A stretch of 64,000 nt of DNA from an uncultured Gemmatimonadaceae bacterium (GTDB taxonomy: Bacteria > Gemmatimonadota > Gemmatimonadetes > Gemmatimonadales > Gemmatimonadaceae): assembly GCA_963829055.1 (NCBI GenBank), contig CAWHHI010000012.1, positions 64,001-128,000 on the forward strand, in the 5' to 3' direction. Position 1 is the stretch's first letter, and the number at the start of each line of letters is the position of its first letter. Under the pieces are notes generated by a model. That model made no database searches and had not been told where the DNA came from. It saw only the letters and a program-made list of their open reading frames with translations. A program made the translations under genes and the position numbers. Below, one piece after another: positions 58,411 to 64,000 of the stretch.

Positions 58411-60214
58411 GTGAATCTCGACCACATCCGCAATTTCTGCATCGTCGCCCATATCGACCATGGGAAGTCGACGCTTGCCGACCGCCTGATCGAGACGACC
58501 GGCACGCTGCAGAAGCGGGAGATGAAGGCCCAGGTGCTCGACACGCTCGATCTCGAGCGTGAGCGCGGCATCACGATCAAGCTCAACGCCGTGCGCATGA
58601 ACTACACCGCGCAGGACGGCGGGCTGTACGAGCTGAATCTGATCGACACGCCAGGTCACGTCGACTTTACGTACGAGGTGTCGCGTTCGCTCGCGGCGTG
58701 CGAAGGCGCGATTCTCGTCGTCGACGCGTCGCAGGGCATTCAGGCGCAGACGCTGTCGAATCTGTTCCTCGCGCTCGACGCCGGGCTCGAGATCATTCCG
58801 GTCCTGAACAAGATCGATCTGCCGGGCGCCGAGCCGGAGCGTCGCAAGCAGGAAGTGCACGATCTGATCGGCGCCGATCCCGATCGCATCCTCCTCGTGA
58901 GCGCGAAGGAAGGACTCGGCGTTCCGGAGCTGCTCGAGGAGATCGTGGCGCGCGTGCCTCCGCCGACTGGCGATCCGAACGGTCCGCTGCGCGCGCTCAT
59001 CTTCGACTCGTACTACGACCGCTATCGCGGCGCCGTCCCGACCGTGCGCGTCGTCGACGGATCGATCAAGCGCGGCATGGAGATCACGTTCGGCGCGAAC
59101 GAAGCGAAGTACGAGGTGAGCGACATCGGCTACATGCAGCTGCGCCCGGTGCCGACCGACGAGCTCGGGCCGGGCGAAGTCGGGTACGTCGTCGCGAACG
59201 TGCGCAGCGTTGCGGAGACGCGCGCTGGCGACACGATCTTCGACGCCAGCAATCGCGCAACCGACCGCACTGCCCGGCTACCAGGACGTGCACTCGATGG
59301 TGTTCGCGGGCATGTACCCGTCGGACACGTCGGCAGTACGAGCAACTGCGCGACGCGCTGGCGAAGCTCAGGCTGAACGACGCCTCGCTGCAGTACGAGC
59401 CCGAGACGTCGACGGCGCTCGGCTTCGGCTTCCGCTGCGGGTTCCTCGGACTGCTGCACATGGAGATCGTGCAGGAGCGGCTCGAGCGCGAGTTCGACCT
59501 CGACCTCGTCACGACGGTGCCTAACGTCGAGTACCACGTGTACCAGGAAGACGGCACGATGGAGCTGATCGAGAACCCGTCGAAGATGCCGGCGCCGGGC
59601 ACGTACAACCGGGTCGAGGAGCCGTACGTCAAGGCGCGCATCATGGCGCCGTCCGACTACATCGGACCGATCATGACGTTAGGCAACGAGCGGCGCGGCG
59701 ATCTACAAGAACATGACGTACCTCGACCAGGCGCGCGTCGAGTTCGACTGGGAGTTCCCGCTCGCCGAGGTCATTCTCGACTTCTTCGACCGTCTGAAGA
59801 CGATCAGCCGCGGCTACGCCTCGCTCGACTACGAGATGCTCGGCTACCGCGCCGAGCGATCTCGTGAAGCTCGACATGCTGATCAACGGCGATCCGGTCG
59901 ACGCGTTCAGCGTGATCATCCACAAGGACAAGGCCTACGAGTACGGCCGCAAGATCGCCGACAAGCTCCGCGAGCTGATCCCGCGGCAGCTGTTCGAGGT
60001 CGCGATCCAGGCGGCGATCGGGAACAAGATCATCGCGCGATCGTCGGTGAAGGCGCTGCGGAAGGACGTGCTCGCGAAGTGCTACGGCGGCGACATCACG
60101 CGCAAGCGCAAGCTCCTCGAGAAGCAGAAAGAGGGCAAGAAGCGCATGAAGCAGGTCGGAGCGGTCGAGATTCCGCAGGAAGCATTTCTCGCGGTGCTGC
60201 AGGTCGACGACTAA
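58411..60214 (+). CDS. lepA: Translation elongation factor 4 (frameshifted)
   Basis: [69 protein letters not shown]. Confidence 0.97.
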
Positions 60215-60307
60215 CGGAGCCGTGTTCGAGATGTTGAGCGCAGGCGATCCTGGCGCCAGGGCCTGCTCGCCTGCCCTCGACATCGAAAGCAACCCACGAG
60301 CATCGTC

Positions 60308-61351
60308 GTGCAATTCTCGCTCGTCATCCAGACTTCGTTTCTCGGCGACGTCGTGCTCACGACGCCGCTGTTGGCCGAGTTGGCGACGCGTGGACCTGTG
60401 CATGTCGTCGCTACGCCGAGCGGTGCGCCGCTCCTCGCGAGAAACCCTGACGTCGCGAGCGTCACGATCTACGACAAGCGCGGCTCGGCACGCGGCGTCG
60501 GCGGGCTGGCGAATGTCGCGGCCGAACTGAGTCAGGCTCGCGCTCGTGCCATGACACGTGGGGCGACGGATGCCGTGGCGTACCTCGCCCAGGGTTCGGT
60601 GCGCAGCGCCGCACTCGCGCGACTCGCGGGGTTCAAGGGACGCGTCGGATTCACGACGTCCGCCGGCCGCTGGCTCTACACACGACGCGTGCCGTATCGC
60701 GACGATCGCCACCACGCGGAGCGACTCTGGAGCCTCGCGGCCGAGAGCCCCGAGGCAGCGCCAACGCGAGAGCAGTTGCGACCACGCTTGTTCCCAGGTG
60801 GCGCCGAACGCGAGACCGTCGACCGGTTGCTGGCGAGTAACGTGAGTGGCGACAAACCGCTGGTCGCGCTCGCGCCCGGCAGCGTCTGGGCAACAAAGCG
60901 GTGGCCGTTCTACCCCGAGCTCGCGCGCCTGCTCTCGCGACGCGCACGTCTTGTCGTGATCGGCGCGAAGGATGACGCGCCGATCGCTGCGGAGATCGCG
61001 GCCGCGGCGGATGGCGGCGTCATCGACGCGACGGGACAGCTGTCCTTGTTAGGCTCGGCGGAGATGATCCGTCGATGCACAGTGCTCGTGACGAACGACT
61101 CGGCACCACAACATCTCGCGTCCGCGATGGGAACACCGACGGTGACTGTATTCGGCCCGACGGTTCCAGAGTTCGGCTTCGGCCCGTTGGCTCCGCGCTC
61201 GGCCACTGCCGGCGTCGTGGGACTCGAGTGCCGCCCTTGCGACCGACACGGTCCGATGCAATGCCCGTTAGGCCACTGGCGATGCATGCGCGAGTTGGCC
61301 GCATCGGACATCGCCGCGATCGTCACGCGCGTCGAGTCAGGCACGTCATGA
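60308..61351 (+). CDS. Glycosyltransferase family 9 (LPS heptosyltransferase II-like)
   Basis: SFLGDVVLTTP, LAPGSVWATKRWP, TNDSAPQHLA, FGPT, CRPC..CPLGHWRCM. Confidence 0.9.
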   Translation: MQFSLVIQTSFLGDVVLTTPLLAELATRGPVHVVATPSGAPLLARNPDVASVTIYDKRGSARGVGGLANVAAELSQARARAMTRGATDAVAYLAQGSVRSAALARLAGFKGRVGFTTSAGRWLYTRRVPYRDDRHHAERLWSLAAESPEAAPTREQLRPRLFPGGAERETVDRLLASNVSGDKPLVALAPGSVWATKRWPFYPELARLLSRRARLVVIGAKDDAPIAAEIAAAADGGVIDATGQLSLLGSAEMIRRCTVLVTNDSAPQHLASAMGTPTVTVFGPTVPEFGFGPLAPRSATAGVVGLECRPCDRHGPMQCPLGHWRCMRELAASDIAAIVTRVESGTS

Positions 61352-62117
61352 CTCTCGTCGGCGTAGTCCTCGCGCTTGCCGTCGGCCTCGTGCTCGGACT
61401 ACTTGGCGGCGGCGGATCGATTCTCGCCGTGCCGATCTTTCTCTATGTGTTTCACGTTCCGCCAAAGCCCGCGATCGCGATGAGTCTCGTCGTCGTCGGC
61501 ATGAGCGCATTGGTCGGATTTCTGACGCACTGGCGCCAAGACACGGTGAACGTGCGCATTGCGGTGCTGTTCGGCGTGCTCGCGATGGTCGGGCGCGTTC
61601 GCCGGCGCCCGCGTCGCGCGCTTCGTACCTGCGCCTGTGCAGCTCATGCTGTTCGCGCGCGTTCGCGTTCACCGCCGCGATCATGATGCTTCGCGATTCG
61701 CTACGCCGTCCTCGCGCCGTCTCGGCACCGACGGATGGCTCGCCGCCACTGCGTTTCTCCCGATGCTCGGCGGCACAGGCGGTCGCGGTCGGCGTCCTCA
61801 CGGCACTGATCGGCGCGGGCGGCGGCTTCCTCATCGTGCCCGCGCTCGTGCTGATGGCGAACGTCCCGGTAAAGGAAGCGGTTGGGAGCTCGCTTCTCAT
61901 CATCGCGATGAATGCCAGCAGCGGCGTGGCCGGCTACCTCGGCCAGGTAGCTTTCGACTGGCGACTCGTGGGGTGGTTTACGAGCGTGGCGGCAATCGGC
62001 GCCGTTGCGGGAACGCAATTCATGCGACGACTGCCAGCCGCGCGCATCAAGCAGGGGTTTGCTATAATGATTCTCGTCCTCGGCACATACCTCGTTATTC
62101 GTCGTCTGACGCAATAG
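61348..62117 (+). CDS. TauE/SafE-family permease (frameshifted)
   Basis: GLLGGGGSILAVP, LIGAGGGFLIVPAL, AVGSSL. Confidence 0.88.
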
Positions 62118-62183
62118 GCCACACACCCAGCGTCAGGCGCGCGCTCCGCTCCGCGTCTCTGTTCCCTTCTCTCCGCGACTCAC

Positions 62184-63187
62184 ATGCCTCCTCGGAAACG
62201 ACAGCGCTACATCCTCGGCGTTGACCTCGGCGGCACGAACATCGTCGCCGGCGCGATGCCGGAGGACGGTAGCCGCGAGATCGCGATGCGCTCCGAGCCG
62301 ACGCTCGCCGATGAGGGTGCGGACGCCGTCGTGAATCGGATCGCGCGCATGATCGAGACGGTCATCGCGCAGACCATCGCCGAGACCGGCGCGGAGCGCG
62401 AGTGACTTCGCCGGGGTCGGTATTGGCTCGCCAGGTCCGCTCGATCGTGAGAAGGGTATTGTGATCGTCACGCCGAACCTCGGCTGGCGGAATTTCCCGC
62501 TGCGGGACGAGGTCGCGAACCGCGTCGGGTTGCCGGCATCACTCGACAACGATGCGAACTGCGCGACGCTCGGCGAGTGGTGGTGCGGCGCGGCGAAAGG
62601 TGCGACGTCACGTGGTCGGCCTCACGATCGGCACCGGCATCGGCGGCGGCCTCATTCTCGATGGTCGACTCTTTCACGGCGCGTCGGACGTCGCCGGTGA
62701 GATCGGGCACACGACCATCGATTCGACCGGACGTCGCTGCAAGTGCGGCAACTACGGATGCCTCGAGGCGTATGCGTCGGGCCCGGCGATCGCCGAGCGC
62801 GCACGCGAGGCGTTGGCTGGCGGCGAGCCATCGACGCTGCTGGAGCTCGTCGGCGGAGACCTGACACGCATCACCGCGCAGCTCGTGTACGAAGCGTCGA
62901 AGCAGGATGACGACGTGGCTCGGCAGGTGGTGCGCGAGACGGCGAACTTTCTCGGTGCCGGCGTCGCTAACCTGCTCAACATTTTCAACCCGGACGTCGT
63001 GGTCATCGCCGGCGGTGTGACGCAGGCGGGCGAGCCGCTGTTCGAACCGTTGCGCGCGGAAGTGCGTCGGCGCGCGTTCCGGCCGGCGGTCGAGGCCTGT
63101 CGCATTGTGCCCGGTACATTGAAGGGATCGGCGGGCGTCGTGGGCGCGGTGGCCACGTTCAAGCAACAAGTACTCGACGGAATGTGA
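62184..63187 (+). CDS. ROK-family sugar kinase (glucokinase-like; frameshifted)
   Basis: GVDLGGT, NDANCATLGE, IGTGIGGG, GEIGH, CKCGNYGCLEAYASG. Confidence 0.92.
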
Positions 63188-64000
63188 TGGAGGGTGGTGA
63201 GCGCAAACGACGCATCGGGGTCATCGGGACGTTCGTCTGGGACGTGATCTACGGACGCGATCCACGCGAGCTGCCCGTGCGAGGAATGGGGCGGCATCAC
63301 ATACGCGCTCAGTGCGTTCGACGCCGCTCTCCCCGACGACTGGGAGATCGTGCCGCTCGTGAGGGTCGGAGACGATCTCGCGAACGAGGCGCGTCGCTTC
63401 CTCGGCACGCTGCGACGCGTCGGCGCCCGACGCGGCACCGATCGCGGTGCCCTATCCCAACAACCGCGTCGAGCTGCGCTACTTCAGCGACGAGCGCCGA
63501 AGCGAGCGGCTCTCGGGCGGCGTGCCGCCGTGGAACTGGCTCGGGCTCAAGCCACTGCTCGGCGATCTCGATGCGCTGTACGTCAATCTGATCAGCGGAT
63601 TCGAGCTCGAGCTCGAGACGGCGCAGCTGATCCGGCAACATTATCGCCGGGCCGATCTACTGCGATCTGCACTCGCTCATGCTGAGCGTGCAGCCCACGG
63701 GATTTCGCGCGCCGCGCCCACTCGAGAACGTCGCCGCGTGGTGCGCGTGCTTCGATCTGCTGCAGGTGAACGAGGACGAGCTCGCGCTGATGGCGCCGGA
63801 CCCGATGGCGCTCGCCGCGACGGCATTCTCGAACGGCATTCGATCGTCTCGTCGTCACGCTCGGGAGTCGCGGCGTCGTGTACTTTGCCGCACCGGGTTT
63901 CGATGCCCTCGTCCGACCTGTCGCGGCAACCACTTGGCATCGGTACCGGCGATCGGTCCGGTGCGAACCGCGCTCGTGCCCGCCGATCAGGTCCGCGGCA
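63187..64000 (+). CDS. Probable PfkB/ribokinase-like carbohydrate kinase (frameshifted; runs off the window end)
   Basis: IGVIGTFVWD, GGITYAL, YCDLHS, LQVNEDE, VTLGSRG; the C-terminal DxxGxGD motif is not inside the window. Confidence 0.65.

Overview
GC-rich (~68% by eye) bacterial chromosomal segment, most likely Gemmatimonadota (16S features, SusC/SusD-type pair, gene context). Most long genes are broken by single-base frameshifts, including housekeeping genes (lepA, typA, mfd, pdxA), which points to uncorrected long-read errors, so gene ends are approximate. In order, the window holds: a SusD/SusC-like pair with a divergent S9 peptidase; mannose-1-P guanylyltransferase; a UbiE/MenG methyltransferase; a very large TPR-HD-GYP-GGDEF-ATPase-TPR protein; an internally deleted amino-acid permease; an OmpR-type two-component pair; corA; a BatA-type VWA gene; GGDEF-EAL; a three-subunit xanthine-dehydrogenase-family enzyme; DUF72; several orphans and a matrixin; tRNA-Ile(GAT); an FHA / Ser-Thr kinase-RCC1 / Ig-repeat / TPR / FHA cluster; a stand-alone 16S rRNA gene; a hyper-acidic small protein; typA; pilT; CDF and HlyC/CorC transporters; pdxA; two parvulin PPIases; mfd; BatA-domain and DUF58 genes; lepA; a GT9 heptosyltransferase; TauE; and ROK and PfkB kinases. 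The most striking unexplained signal is a dispersed non-palindromic heptamer, CCTAACG/CGTTAGG. I counted at least 44 exact copies by hand against about 7 expected. It is embedded in coding sequence through rare codons in different reading frames and is absent from the 16S gene. Other highlights are the unlinked 16S gene separated from tRNA-Ile by an ~8 kb signalling cluster, an extra GNRA hairpin inside the 16S, and several repeat families.
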